Origin: Mobula hypostoma | Lineage: Eukaryota | DNA length: 64,000 nt | Direction: 5' to 3' | NCBI RefSeq assembly: GCF_963921235.1 | Contig: NC_086118.1 | Coordinates: forward strand, 16,058,001-16,122,000 | The notes under the pieces: generated by a model | Told to the model about the DNA's origin: nothing | Seen by the model: the letters and a program-made list of their open reading frames with translations, nothing else | The model's database searches: none | Translations under genes and position numbers: made by a program | Shown here: in pieces, positions 13,231-25,372 of the stretch | Position numbering within the stretch: the stretch's first letter is position 1 | Layout of the letters: every line of letters begins with the position of its first letter

Positions 13231-14029
13231 ATTTATGCTGTTATATTCCTTTAACCTGTCCTATCCATATATTTGTCCAAGTACCTTTTAAATGTTGTTA
13301 ATGCATCAGTCTCAATAATTTCCTCTAGAAGCTCTTTCCACATACCAACCCTCTGGATGAAATACTTCTCTCCTAAGATCCTATCAAAATTCTCACCTCT
13401 CACCATAACCTAAGCCCTCTCCTTTTTTAATTCTGCATCCCTGGGATAAAAACTGTATGCACTGACCTATTTTCCTCATGATTTTATACCCCTTTACAAG
13501 TTCATCCCTCATTTTCCAATGCTCCAGTTCCAATAGTCCCAACCTGCTCAAACCTTTCTTAGTCCCTCAAATCCCAACAAAATCCTTGTAAATCCCCTCT
13601 GCCTCCTCAAATCGATAACTAGAGTCAGAATTACCAGTGGGCTCATCAGGCTTATTTGGAAAATGAGATACACACCTACAGTATATACTAATCAGCACAT
13701 TGGAAATTGTATATATTAATGCAATTTTGTTTGTTAACCAGACAGATACACATTTCCTTCCTAAGGCTCACGACCATTGGAAACAATGCAACATGAGACG
13801 GATTTTGAATTCTCAGTTAAACCAAGTCACTTTTTAAACAACATAATTGCATCCCTGAAAGTAAACTGGTATAAATGGATGGGTAAGATGCCTATTTTTT
13901 GAAAATTAATCAACATTCCACTTATATCATAACTCTTATTTATCTAAGACATTGAAAGATGCTTCACAAAATTTGACACCAAGCCATTAGGGCAGGCAAC
14001 CTAAAATGTTATAAATAAAGGCATCTGTT

Positions 14030-14325
14030 AGTTTTGTGAGACCACGGATCTGCACCTGGAAAGTCTTCACTCTCCAGGGCGCAGGCCTGGGCAAGGCTGT
14101 ATGGAAGACCGGCAGTTGCCCATGCTGCAAGTCTCCCCTCTCCACGACACCGATGTTGTCCAAGGGAGGGGAAAGGGCTGATACAGCTTGACACCGGTGT
14201 CGTCGCAGAGCACTGTGCAGTTAAGTGCCTTGCTCAAGGACACAACACACAGCCTCAGCTGAGGCTCGAACTCACGACCTTCTGATCGCTAGTCGAATGC
14301 CTTAACCACTTGGCCACGTGCCCAA
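14030..14325 (-). mobile_element. tRNA-derived CORE-type SINE
   Basis: A box TGGCCAAGTGG, B box GTTCGAGCC, then CORE-like TGTGTCCTTGAGCAAGGCACTTAAC; related head at 56476. Confidence 0.75.
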
Positions 14326-14334
14326 ACTAAAAGT

Positions 14335-14570
14335 TTATTTATTTATTTATTAAGATACAGCGTGGAATAAGCCCTTCAGCCCGTCCAGCTGCACCACTCA
14401 GCGACCCCTGATTTAACCCTAGCCTAATCACGAGAAAATTTACAACAATCAATTAACCTACCAACCAGTACATCTTTGGGAGGAAACCGGAACATTAGGA
14501 GGAATCCCATGCAATCACAGGGAGAATGTACAAACTCTTTCCAGACTGCGGTGGGAATTGAAGGCAGGTT
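14335..14570 (-). mobile_element. HE1-like V-SINE
   Basis: Partial V-domain (GGAGGAAACCGG...GGAGGAA.CCCA on plus) and LINE-like tail. Confidence 0.75.
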
Positions 14571-15349
14571 TCAAGGTAGACTCTCACAGTAAGGAGAAAG
14601 GGAAGAATAATTAGGGAATTCTCAAGGAACAATAGCAGAGGAGTTAAACAAAGCTAGAATTGGAGAAATGGCTGTTGGATCATTAAACGAAGATGTTAAG
14701 GATCTGAAAACAAAGCCACATACTGCTCAGTGGAAAATTGTAGGGCAGCAAAGGGGTTGCAGATGAATAGATCTCGGCAAAATTTGGAATTCAGGCAACA
14801 GGATTTTAGATGAAACAGAAAACAATGGGGCCAATTTGAAGAGAATGATCAGGAGAGCCAGGATCCAGCTAGCCTGAGCATAAAGCGCTGAAGATATCTT
14901 AAGAGAGAGTCTGATCAAAAACAAAGAATTGGTTGCTGAGCAGAAGGCAAACAATGAGAACAAATGGGCCTTTCTGATTGCCAGACTAACACTGTATCTT
15001 GGTATCAAAGTTTGGGACTCAGATACCCATACCCTGGCTGAGAAGATGAAATGCCATTTTTCCAAATTTGCTGACAATATTAAACTGGTTGATTGTGAGA
15101 ACAGAGGAAGACTAGAAGAGACTTCAGGGGGATCTGGACAAGCTGAATGAGTCAGAAGGAATTATGGTACAAGTTGTTCAAATATGTTTTGACAAATATT
15201 ACAAAATCACAGTCTTTGTATTCAGCCACCAGAGATTAGGAAGTGTTGATCTTCAAAAGGATCTGGTGAAGGCCAACCAGCAACTAAAAGTGATTAAGAG
15301 GATAAATGGTATCCAAGGTTTTATTTATAGAGTTCGATTACAAATCATA

Positions 15350-15919
15350 CGTAACGCCCTGGGAAGGGTTTCACTGCTAATGTAATGGTTGTTCTGTAGT
15401 AGCAGTGATTGAGTTATGACTAGAGATAACAGTGGAATGTGTGCCATCCGATGAGAGGAGTGTTTTTTTTAATCTTGTGCCTGAGAGCGAGTTATTCAAG
15501 GTCTTTTGTTCGGTGGAAGATGAAGAGAGAAGATGCCAGAACGGAGAGGTCACAGTCACCAGAAAGGAGTGGACTTGGAGTGGGGCCGGGAGTTAACGAT
15601 GCCGGGGGGAAATCAATGGCGGACTAACGGACGGGAAACCGTGAGCTCCAGCGTACACATTAGACTGTTACATTAAAATGGGCCCTTTTCTTTTTGTTTT
15701 ACTTTACTAACCCTTTAGTCAAATGAAGAATTATAAAGCTAATTCGTTTTCTTGCATATGGTGTACTGGCTGCTATTTCATGGTACTGATCTGTAACATG
15801 GGAACACATAATGCAGCTTCCACCCATACAGGAGGTTTTGCACCTCAATGTCATACGTTTGGTTGGGCCAGAGATCGTCTTCCCTCGGTTTACACAGCCC
15901 ACAGAACCAGAGGGTAACA
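15350..15919 (+). mobile_element. Solo LTR (different subfamily)
   Basis: (C)GTAAC...GTAACA termini, 4-bp TSD CATA. Strand inferred. Confidence 0.8.
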
Positions 15920-16129
15920 CATATCTTCATTAAACTGCATATGGCCATTGTATATAGACTACTGTGTATAGTTTTATACTTTTAACCCAAGAAAAGATGT
16001 TCTTGCAATAGAAAAATGCAGTATGATTGTGTAAACCGGTTCCAAAGACAGTGAATTTACTATACATGGAGAGATGGAGAGATTACATTCTTTGGTGTTC
16101 AGAAACTTTTTCAAAACTCTTAAAAGGGA

Positions 16130-16842
16130 TGTAAGGGATTTCCTCTTTTATGTTACTGCTAAGGCTAATAAAAATGGCTTCTTTGTTATGTTAGAATAAA
16201 ACGGCTTCTTTGTTATGTTAACTGCTGAGAAAGTGCTTCTCTATAGCAGCTTGTTTGGGTTATATTACTGATAAGAGAATTGCATTCATTTGCTAACCAA
16301 TTGGGATAGATGTTATTCTTTCTTGTGTGTCTGTAAGCTATTGTTTTTGCGGGCTTTGGGGCAGAAGGCGTGATGGGGACAGAGAGAGGGGACGCGATGC
16401 TGTAAACTGGGCAACGGAACGGACCCTGAGTAGGAGCCCGAGGCCCAGGGTCTTTGGCGAGGAGAGGAGACGAAGACAGACTCATGTGGAGCGTCTGGTT
16501 GACCACCATGGTTGGTGCCAGGCGGCGGGCCGAGGAGGTCGGAGGGGATCGAATGGTGGAAAGAAGACTCCGTTAATTGAGTTCCAACGGTTGTGCATGA
16601 AGTGGTTGAACTCTGATAAGTTTGGCACTTTTTACTTTCCTTTTATATTTTATCTCTATTAATTACATAGTTCCAGTAAGATTTATAAAGTGTAATCATT
16701 TAATCGCATACGGTGTACTGTCTATTATTTGGCGGGGTGGGGTACGTCACACAGCATCTACACAAACGGATTACCCAGTTTGGCGGGGCCGAAGGCTAGA
16801 TGAAAGCGAGCTGAGCGAACCTGAGGTTTACCGGGGGCTACA
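16130..16842 (+). mobile_element. Solo LTR
   Basis: TGTA...TACA termini, 4-bp TSD GGGA. Strand inferred. Confidence 0.88.
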
Positions 16843-17664
16843 GGGATTAATAGTTAAATGCAGGGAAAGTGCCACTCGTGACTAAGGATTCAAGGACAAG
16901 AAAACAGATTGAAAGTAATAGGTAGGCTGTTTAGGACTGAGAGGAAGGAAAAATATTCTTCATTAAAAGAGGCTTCATTTCTTCATCAAAATATTCTTCA
17001 TTTGGAATTTTCTAATTCAGACAGCTGTGGAAGCTCCATAATGTTCATTCAACACAAAGATCAATACATTTCTACACATTACTATATGGGATAGTGCTGG
17101 AAAATTGTATAACGGTCAAAGATCAGCTACAACTTTGCTCAGTGATAGAACCAGCTCAGTGGGCCCAATGGCCTGCTCTTATTTTTTTAGGGTAAAAGCA
17201 ATCAGTGACTCAAAAGATCAAATGGAGGGAGTGCAGGAGATCCAGCAATTAGCAGATAACTACAGCGTCTCTGGCCTAAGCTTTCATGTCCCACCCCAAT
17301 GATCACCAAAAGCAGAGGACGATAAGCAGGAAAACTTCTAAGAACTCCTTATCTGAGAAGCTGTTTTGACCACATTCCACAGAATAACTTTGTCATCCTA
17401 GTCAACAAGATGTTGAAGAAACTTGCATATCAAAAAACAACAAGGCCTCTAGTTTAGACAGTACTCCTACTGAGGTTCAACTAGAACTTAAGTCACAAAT
17501 CCAGCCTCACCTCCCTCATCTGGGAAGACGACGACGATATGCCTTCAAACATGCCACAATTGTGACCACCTTGAAGAACAGAGACAAGCACACTGTGGTA
17601 CCAATCTGCAGTCTCCCTGCTGTCGGGCACAGTGAACGTCATCGCCAGGGTCTTTATTTCTGGT

Positions 17665-17951
17665 TTTATTTTGTTGAGATACAGCACGGAATAAGCTCTT
17701 CCAACCCTTTCATCTATGCTGCCCAGTATACCCCCAATTTAATCCTAGTCTAATCATGGGACAATTTACAATGACCAATTAACCTACCAACCGATAGGTC
17801 TTTGGACTGTGGGAGGAAACTGGAGCACCCGGAGGAAACCCATGTGGTCACAGGGAGAAGGTACAAACTCCTTACAGGCTGTGGTGAGAATTGAACCTGG
17901 GTCACCTGTACTGCAAAGCGTTGTGCTAACCACTACACTACTGCGCCACCC
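17665..17951 (-). mobile_element. HE1-like V-SINE, full length
   Basis: tRNA head followed by the V-domain GGGTTTCCTCCGGGTGCTCCAGTTTCCTCCCACAGTCCAAAGAC on the minus strand. Confidence 0.85.
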
Positions 17952-18039
17952 TCAGGTCCTCTGAAAGTAACTTCCTCCCTATAGAGAAGGGCTGCTCCCC
18001 ACATCGTAGGCTGCCTTCCATTCATTAAGGGGCATAAAA

Positions 18040-19060
18040 AAAGCATGATCTTCACTGCCCGACAACTCCAAGAGAAATGCATTGTCCACTATACATTGCC
18101 TTTTGTGACTTTACAAAAGCCTTTGGCTCTGGTCACCGTGGAGGAACAGCCGACTGGTGGTGTAGTGGCATCAGCGCCAGACTTCGGAGCAAAGGCTCCT
18201 GAGTTTGAATCCAGCCGGCTCCCTTGCACGCCTTCCATCCGTGCTGGGTTGAGCATCGAGCTAGCAACTCAGCCTCGTCAAAATAAGAAAGCCTGCTAAA
18301 AAAAAAAGCCGTCATGACGGCATCCTAATGATTCCACTCGGAGTTAAGGGCTTTCTTCTTCTACCATGGAGGAACTATTTAAAAACAAAATCTTTCTCAA
18401 ATTTGGCTGCACCCCAAAACTCAATGCCATTCAAGTCGTATATGAAAGCAAGCAAACTTTGATTCTGGATAATGGATCCAGCATAAACCCACCCCAGGGC
18501 AGTGCGGGATCAAGCAAGGCCTGTTTTATTGTTCCAACCCCTCTCTCAGTCAATATTGTCCCTTGTATCTTGTAAACTTCTCACTGGGAGGAGCTAAACT
18601 TAGTGGAGGAATGGAAAATAGTTCAAATTCAATCCTGTAAACTCCAAATCTGGCCATTGAGCTGCAACGTAAGGATAACATTAACACTTTTGAAACGTTT
18701 TCAACTCTTCTAAAACAATAGGCCTATGTGGAACAATAATAAGCAACTAAAGTTCCTCCAGCAACATATCCCTACCGTATAACATTACACACACAAAATA
18801 AAAGATATACAATTAGACTGGAAAACATTAACTATTTTCCACGTACAAAATGTTGGAGGAAATCACATTAGGCAGCATCCATGGAAATGCAGTCGACGAT
18901 TCCCTGATATTGCCTGACCTCCTGAGTTCCTCCACCGTTTTGTGTGTGTTGCTTTGGACTTCAATCATCGGCAGAATTCCACCTGTTTACAACCATTTTC
19001 CATATTTTGGGTGCTGACTCTGAGTGAGAACAGCCAGTCTTTGGCTGTCTGTGAAAACTA
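18040..19060 (+). mobile_element. Highly decayed RTE-clade LINE RT remnant with nested SINE and PLE pieces
   Basis: MIFTARQLQEKC, KFGCTPK, GIKQGC-like and HFPYFG motifs. Confidence 0.7.
18150..18362 (+). mobile_element. tRNA-derived SINE with (TTC)n tail
   Basis: A box TGGTGTAGTGG, B box GTTTGAATCC; CCGTGGAGGAAC / CCATGGAGGAAC repeated at the flanks. Confidence 0.7.
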
Positions 19061-19274
19061 AAGGTCAAGGCCTCCAGTCAAGCACCTCCCCTGCCGGAGG
19101 CCTTGAGCTTCAGTTTTCACAGACAGCCAAAGTTAGGTGGAGTTTTTGTTTCATTCTTCAACCCTCTAAACAACTGGTGAACCCGCAAAGCTGACAGGCA
19201 ACTTGACGCCGCGAACTTGTGATCGCCATTCAGGAATTTGTCTGGAGATTCTTAGAAAGACATTAAGCGTAAGT

Positions 19275-19981
19275 CATCAAAGTCGCTGGTGAACGCAGCA
19301 GGCCAGGCAGCATCTCTAGGAAGAGGTGCAGTCAACGTTTCGGGCCGAGACTCTTCGTCAGGACTAACTGAAAGAAGAGCTAGTAAGAGATTTGAAAGTT
19401 GGAGGGGCAGGGGGAGATCCAAAATGATAGGAGAAGACAGGAGGGGGAGGGATGGAGCCAAGAGCTGGACAGTTGATTGGCAAAAGGGATATGAGAGGAT
19501 CATAGGACAGGAGGTGTAGGGAGAAAGAAGGGGGGGGAACCCAGAGGATGGGCAAGGGGTATAGTGAGAGGGACAGAGGGAGAAAAAGGAGAGTGAGAGA
19601 AAGAATGTGTGTATATAAATAAATAACGGATGGAGTACGAGGGGGAGGTGGGGCATTAGCGGAAGTTAGAGAAGTCGATGTTCATGCCATCAGGTTGGAG
19701 GCTACCCAGACGGAATATAAGGTGTTGTTCCTCCAACCTGAGTGTGGCTTCATCTTTATAGTAGAGGAGGCCGTGGATAGACATGTCAGAATGGATATTC
19801 TTCCCCTCCCACTTTCAAATCTCTTACTAACTCTTCCTTCAGTTAGTCCTGACGAAGGGTCTCGGCCTGAAACGTCGACTGTACCTCTTCCTAGAGATGC
19901 TGCCTGGCCTGCTGCGTTCACCAGCAACTTTGATGTGTGTTGCTTGAACTTGCAGCATCTGCAGAATTCCTCGTGTTTATG
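19275..19981. mobile_element. Penelope-like element, fold-back (inverted pLTR) insertion
   Basis: Minus arm contains the pLTR and the GIY-YIG C-terminus (LEEQHLIFRLGSLQPDGMNIDFSNFR); inverted plus arm ends in a tail; TSD AAGCGTAAGT. Confidence 0.9.
19845..19880 (+). ncRNA. Minimal type-I hammerhead ribozyme (PLE pLTR), intact
   Basis: AGTC-CTGACGA-AGGGTCTCGGCCT-GAAAC-GTC^GACT: conserved core, stem I AGTC/GACT, short stem II, palindromic ACGT stem III. Confidence 0.8.
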
Positions 19982-20168
19982 AAGCGTAAGTTAATTGTTT
20001 TCCAGATCCCAAGCGAGGCACCAGAGCAATTAAAAGCTCGACACCCAATGCTCAATGATAATAAATCACTTCATAACTCGTTCATGATGCTGTGCCCCGC
20101 ACTGCCCGTGTTCAGTCATAGTGAACCCGACATCTCAGGCCGACAGCGTGTCCTGGTGCGCAACTCAC

Positions 20169-20336
20169 CGCCGCCCCGCATCGCGTCCTTGCTGCCCGCA
20201 CCGCCGGGTAATCACAACGCCGGTCCGTGACACGCCTGGGGAACGAGGTCGCCCCGGCCACCTCGCACCAAACTTCCCGGCCGAGCCCTCGAGAAAGAGC
20301 AGCGGCTCGCCTGCACAGACGCACCGACAGCGCCAT
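20169..20336 (-). CDS. SCO1: SCO1 coding exon 1 (N-terminal part of mitochondrial targeting peptide, MALSVRLCRR...RCGAA, 56 codons)
   Basis: ATG in a CpG-rich patch; Arg/Ala/Leu-rich presequence-like peptide; GCG|GTGAGT phase-0 donor in frame with the exon at 9891-10016. Assigned by frame and position, not by strong homology. Confidence 0.75.
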
Positions 20337-20490
20337 CGAAAGCGGTCTGACCTTCGCTTAATACATCCGGTAAGAAAGCGAGTCCCCGCCTCCACAGCAT
20401 GGATCTGAGCTCAGCTCTCCCAGTAACACGGGCGGCAGCGCTCAGGTGTTTACTGCCCCGATCACTCTACCCTCCCGTCGGCAGCACAGA
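20337..20490 (-). promoter_or_regulatory. SCO1 proximal CpG-rich promoter/5'UTR
   Basis: CpG-rich patch; ETS-like CCGGATGT (~20363-20370) and GC box GGAGGCGGGG (~20384-20393) on the minus strand upstream of the ATG. Confidence 0.55.
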
Positions 20491-22119
20491 CTTTCTCGGA
20501 GAATTTGTAGATATTGCTATTGCAAATTAAATTCCCAGACCATAAAACACACCACAACAGACAGTAAATGCAACACCGCTAAACGTTATGCTCATACTTA
20601 ACACAGCTATTGACTGTAAATGCAACGCTTAATATGAATTCTCCGAAACATGACTGAAATGCGGGTGTAGATCTCCCGTTGGGTCCAGTGGGGAACCACT
20701 CATATTTTCAAAACTACCGAATTAAATCAAATTGTTTTTCTGTTCTGGGTTAACCACAAATCGCATTTAGACATAAACATATTTAGACACCCATTATACC
20801 TCGTTTTGTTTTGAACAAAAAATTCTCAGCCTGCTGGCTTAGACACAAGTATTGTGGTAACAAGTCTCCCTTCAGTATCCTTAGCAATTACGATAAAGTT
20901 CAACAACATAATTTCTTTGTTTTATTCCCATTCTTTTGATAATACAACAAATTGAAGGAAATAGAGAAAACGAGGTTTATGGGAAATGATTTGATCATTG
21001 GATTCATATTTATTCAATAAATATAGCGAGGTCTTGCATTCCCCTCAGTTTCCTTTCATCATCTCTTAATTATTGATGCGTTCTATTTTCTTTAAATTAG
21101 CAATTCCAGAATCACACTGTATTGGTTGTGATGAGGGATGTAGAGGTCACAGGTAAAACAGATGCGCTCCTCTAAAAATTCGATTATTTCTAGTAATAGA
21201 ATCTCCTTTATAGAATCTTAAATTTGAGATTTTTTTACTGTTTCTCTCTGGACTGACAGCATTGAAGCCAATTGTACCAATATAATTGAGTTGAGTCAGG
21301 AATGCGTATACAATATATATTGCAAAATTGGAAATAAAGGTAATCAGAAATCAAAATGCCCAAGAAACCTTTAATTGTTCAATGTGATGCATATCAAAGT
21401 TCCATTACACCCAAACAGGCTAGGAATAAGAGCCAACTAATCCCCAAAATAGCTACAGTATGTCCAGAAATGACCGTAACCTACCAATTAATTCATGGGA
21501 TACCATTAACAAACTAACACGCCGAAAAAAAGCTTCCACCAATCCAGCTATTAACCAAGTAATTATGAGATTATTCATCATTTTACCATTCATAAATGTT
21601 GCTATTATTAACTCACTATTCTCAGAAATAACTTCTAGTTTTCTCCTTTCACCACGAATAGCCATAAAATATTTTCGTTCTGGGTATAGTCAGTTAACGT
21701 CCCAGACATAACTGCAGGAACCAGACACCACCAGAAGCAGTTATTATCAATTCCCAGTTAAACAAAAAACACAAACCAGAAACAATTCATACAGGAAGTC
21801 AGGAAGTATCTATGGAGGGGAATAAACAATCAACGTTTTGGGCCGAGATCCTCCAATCACCATCTTGTGTGAGTTGCCTAAGATTTCCAGCATCTCCAGA
21901 ATCCCTTGTATTTATAACCAGAAACAATTACTCGTTGCCGTCTATCATATGAGATCATCATTAGTCATGCATTCCCAGAAGTGGCGTTCAATCTATAATT
22001 GAACGCAAAAATTACCATAGGCAAAAAAAACAGTGAATCTCAATTCACAGAAATGCACGTACAAACAGGCAAAGGAAAACACAATGTTATTCCCAGGAAC
22101 CCCCTCCCCACCCCCATCT

Positions 22120-22215
22120 ACACCCGGAAGTAAGGAGCGGGCTCCAGTTGGACTCAGAGAGATACGGCGGACACTGACGTCACACGTTACGTAGACTGGT
22201 GCCGGAAGTGACTCT
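22120..22215 (+). promoter_or_regulatory. ADPRM core promoter
   Basis: Two CCGGAAGT ETS sites (~22124, ~22202), a perfect CRE TGACGTCA (~22175) and TTACGTA, directly upstream of a GAG|GTGAGT donor at 22251. Confidence 0.7.
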
Positions 22216-22251
22216 GACTAGGAAGCGGATGGTGTCTCGGGCGAGCTCGAG
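22200..22251 (+). other. ADPRM: ADPRM exon 1 (5'UTR, or short coding exon from ATG 22229); 5' boundary approximate
   Basis: Consensus donor GAG|GTGAGT at 22251/22252 after promoter motifs; matching acceptor tttttttag at 26935. Confidence 0.7.
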
Positions 22252-23108
22252 GTGAGTGAAGCGGGTCGGCTTTATCCTGATGTATCCAGGTGACCACGGA
22301 GCTAGGCCTCAGACATGCTGTCTGCGGCAGAGAGGGGGCTGCTGTCTCCCCTCCTTCCCCAGCCAGAGCGGGGATGACTGGGTAACCCTATTTTCCACCA
22401 GCCCGGGGACCACGAGGCTGAGAGTGGGTGGAATGGGTGGAACTATCTGCAAAAGCTGCACTGCTTGCTGGCTTCAGATGCTAGCACCTATTTACTGAGT
22501 AAATTGTTACACAATGACTGTTGTTTCATGAACACAAAATACTCTGGAGATGTTGGGGTCAAAGCAACACCCACAACACGCTGGAGGAACTCAGCAGGTC
22601 GGGCAGCATCCGTGGAAATGATCAGTCAACATTTCGGGCCGGAACTCTTCGTCAGGACTGAAGACGGATGGGGCAGAGGCCCTATAAAGAAGGAAGGTGC
22701 TCCCAGGATGAGGCTTTCCGTTCCAGGACATCTTAAATGTCCTCTTTCTTTAAGGATCGTGGTTTCCCTTCTGCCGTCATCAATGATGCCCTCACCCGCT
22801 TCTCCTCCATTTCCTGCACCCCATCCTCCCGCCACCCCATCCTCCCGCCACCACAACAGGGACAGAGTTCCCCTGGTCCTCACCTACCACCGCACCACGA
22901 AACACATCTTTTCCTCTCCACCCCTGTCCACTTTCCGCAGGGATCGTTCTCTCTGCGACTCCCTGATCCACACATCCCTCCCCACGGATTTCCCACCCGG
23001 CTCTTATCCCTGTAAGCGTAAATGCTACACCTGTCCCTACACCTCCTCTCTTGCCACCATTCAGGGCCCCAAACAGTCCTTCCAGATGAGGCAACACTTC
23101 ACTTGTGA

Positions 23109-25372
23109 CACACATCAAAGTTGCTGGTGAACGCAGCAGGCCAGGCAGCATCTCTAGGAAGAGGTACAGTCGACATTTCAGGCCGAGACCCTTCGTCAAG
23201 ACTAACTGAAGGAAGAGCTAGTAAGGGATTTGAAAGTGGGAGGGGGAGATCCAAAATGATAGGAGAAGACAGGAGGGGGAGGGATGGAGCCAAGAGCTGG
23301 ACAGGTGATTGGCAAAAGGGATATGAGAGGATCATGGGGCAGGAGGCCCAGGGAGAAGGAAAAGGGGGAGGGGGAAAAACCCACAGGATGGGCAAGGGGT
23401 ATAGTCAGAGGGACAGAGGGAGAAAAAGGAGAGTGAGAGAAAGAATGTGTGTATAAAAATAAATAACGGATGGGGTATGAGGGGGAGGTGGGGCATTAGC
23501 GGAAGTTAGAGAAGTCGATGTTCATGCCATCAGGTTGCAGGCTACCCAGACGAAATATAAGGTGTTGTTCCTCCAACTTGAGTGTGGCTTCATCTTTACA
23601 GTAAAGGAGGCTGTGGATAGACATGTCAGAATGGGAATGGGATGTGGAATTAAATTGTGTGGCCACTGGGAGATCCTGCTTTCTCTGGCAGACAGAGCGT
23701 AGGTGTTCAGCAAAACGATCTCCCAGTCTGCGTCGGGTCTCGCCAATATAGAGAAGGCCACATGGGGAGCACCGGACGCAGTATATCACCCCAGCCGGCT
23801 CACAGATGAAGTGTCGCCTCACCTGGAAGGACTGACTGGGGCCCTGAATGGTGGTCAGGGAGGAAGTGTAAGGGCATGTGTAGCATTTGTTCCACTTACA
23901 AGGATAAGTGCCAGGAGGGAGATCAGTGGGGAGGGATGGGGGGGACGAATGGACAAGGGAGCCACATAGGGAGCGATCCCTGCGGAAAGCAGAGGGGGGG
24001 AGGGAAAGATGTGCTTAGTTGTGGGATCCCGTTGGAGGTGGCGGAAGTTACGGAGAATAATATGTTGGGCCTGGAGGCTGGTGGGGTGGTAGGTGAGGAC
24101 CAGTGGGGTGGTGGGAGGATGGAGTGAGAGCAGATGTGCATGAAATGGGGGAGATGCGTTTGAGAGCAGAGCTGGTGGTGGAGGAAGGGAAGCCCCTTTA
24201 AAAAAGGAGGACCTCTCCCTTGTCCTGGAATGAAAAGCCTCACCCTGAGAGCAGATGCGGCGGAGACAGAGGAATTGCGAGAAGGGAATGGCATTTTTGC
24301 AAGAGACAGGGTGAGAAGAAGAATAGTCCAGATAGCTGTGAGAGTCAGTAGGCTTATAGTAGATATCAGTAGATAAGCTGTCTCCAGAAATAGAGACAGA
24401 AAGATCTAGAAAGGGGAGCGAGGTGTCGGAAATGGACCAGGTAAACTTGAGGGCAGGGTGAAAGTTGGAGGCAAAGTTAATAAAGTCAATGAGCCAGCAC
24501 ACGTGTAGGAAGCAGCGCCAATGCAGTCATCGATGTAGCGAAGGAAAAGTGGGGGATGGATACCAGAATAGGTTTGGAATATAGATTGTTCCACAAAGCC
24601 AACAAAAAGGCAGGCCATACGGACCCATACGGGTGCCCATAGCTACACCTTTAGTTTGGAGGAAGTGGGAGGAGGCAAAGGAGAAATTATTAAGAGTAAG
24701 GACTAATTCCGCTAGACGGAGCAGAGTGCTGGTAGAGGGGAACTGATTAGATCTGGAATCCAAAAAGAAGTGGAGAGCTTTGACACCTTCCTGATGGGGA
24801 TGGAAGTATATAGGAACTGGACATCCATGGTGAAAATAAAGTGGTGGGGGCCAGGGAACTTAAAATCATCGAAAAATTTAAGAGCATGAGAAGTGTCACG
24901 AACATAGGTAGGAAGGGATTGAACAAGGGGGGATAAAACCGTGTCGAGGTATGCAGAAACGAGTTCGGTGGGGCAGGAGCAAACTGAGACAATAGGTCTG
25001 CCAGGACAGGCAGGTTTGTGGATCTTGGGTAGGAGGTAGAAACAGGAAGTGCGAGGTGTGGGAACTGTAAGGTTGGTAGCAGTGGATGGGAGATCCCCTG
25101 AGCGGATAAAGTCGGTGATGGTGTGGGAGACAATGGCCTGGTGCTCCTTAGTGGGGTCACGATCGAGGGGTAAATAGGAGGAGGGATCCGCGAGTAGTCA
25201 CTATGCCTCAGCAAGGTAGAGGTCAGTATGCCAGACTACAACAGCAACCCCCCACCCAGTCGACTGTACCTCTTCCTAGAGATGCTGCCTGGCCTGCTGC
25301 ATTCACCAGCAACTTTGATGTGTGTGGCTTGAATTTCCAGCATCTGCGGAATTCCTCGTGTTTGCATTTTTG
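23109..25372 (-). mobile_element. Nested Neptune-type PLE, 5'-truncated RT + GIY-YIG, with an inverted short arm at right
   Basis: GVAMGTRMGP, FLRYIDDCIG, YYKPTDSHSYL and GVIYCVRCSPCGLLYIGET motifs; TSD ACTT(C/T)ACTTGTGA. Confidence 0.92.

Noticed and set aside
14250-14325. tRNA-like sequences (also ~17880-17950, ~18150-18220, ~56476-56545)
   Set aside because: No complete cloverleaf, and each continues into a SINE body, so they are SINE heads rather than tRNA genes.
20212-20400. Possible SCO1 uORFs (ATG 20400; ATG-TAT-TAA at 20366)
   Set aside because: They overlap GC-box and ETS-like promoter motifs and probably lie upstream of the TSS; unsupported without CAGE data.
21453-21711. Short overlapping ORFs in the SCO1-ADPRM spacer
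   Set aside because: No recognisable motif or splice context; AT-rich chance ORFs.
22465-23130. 221-aa ORF in ADPRM intron 1
   Set aside because: It is a chimera across the inverted arm, the PLE body and the nested insertion junction.
23168-23203. Further hammerhead-like motifs (also 22624, ~41935, 43986, ~48680, ~54775, ~58820)
   Set aside because: The core (CUGANGA or GAAAC) or stem III is mutated, so they are treated as decayed copies.
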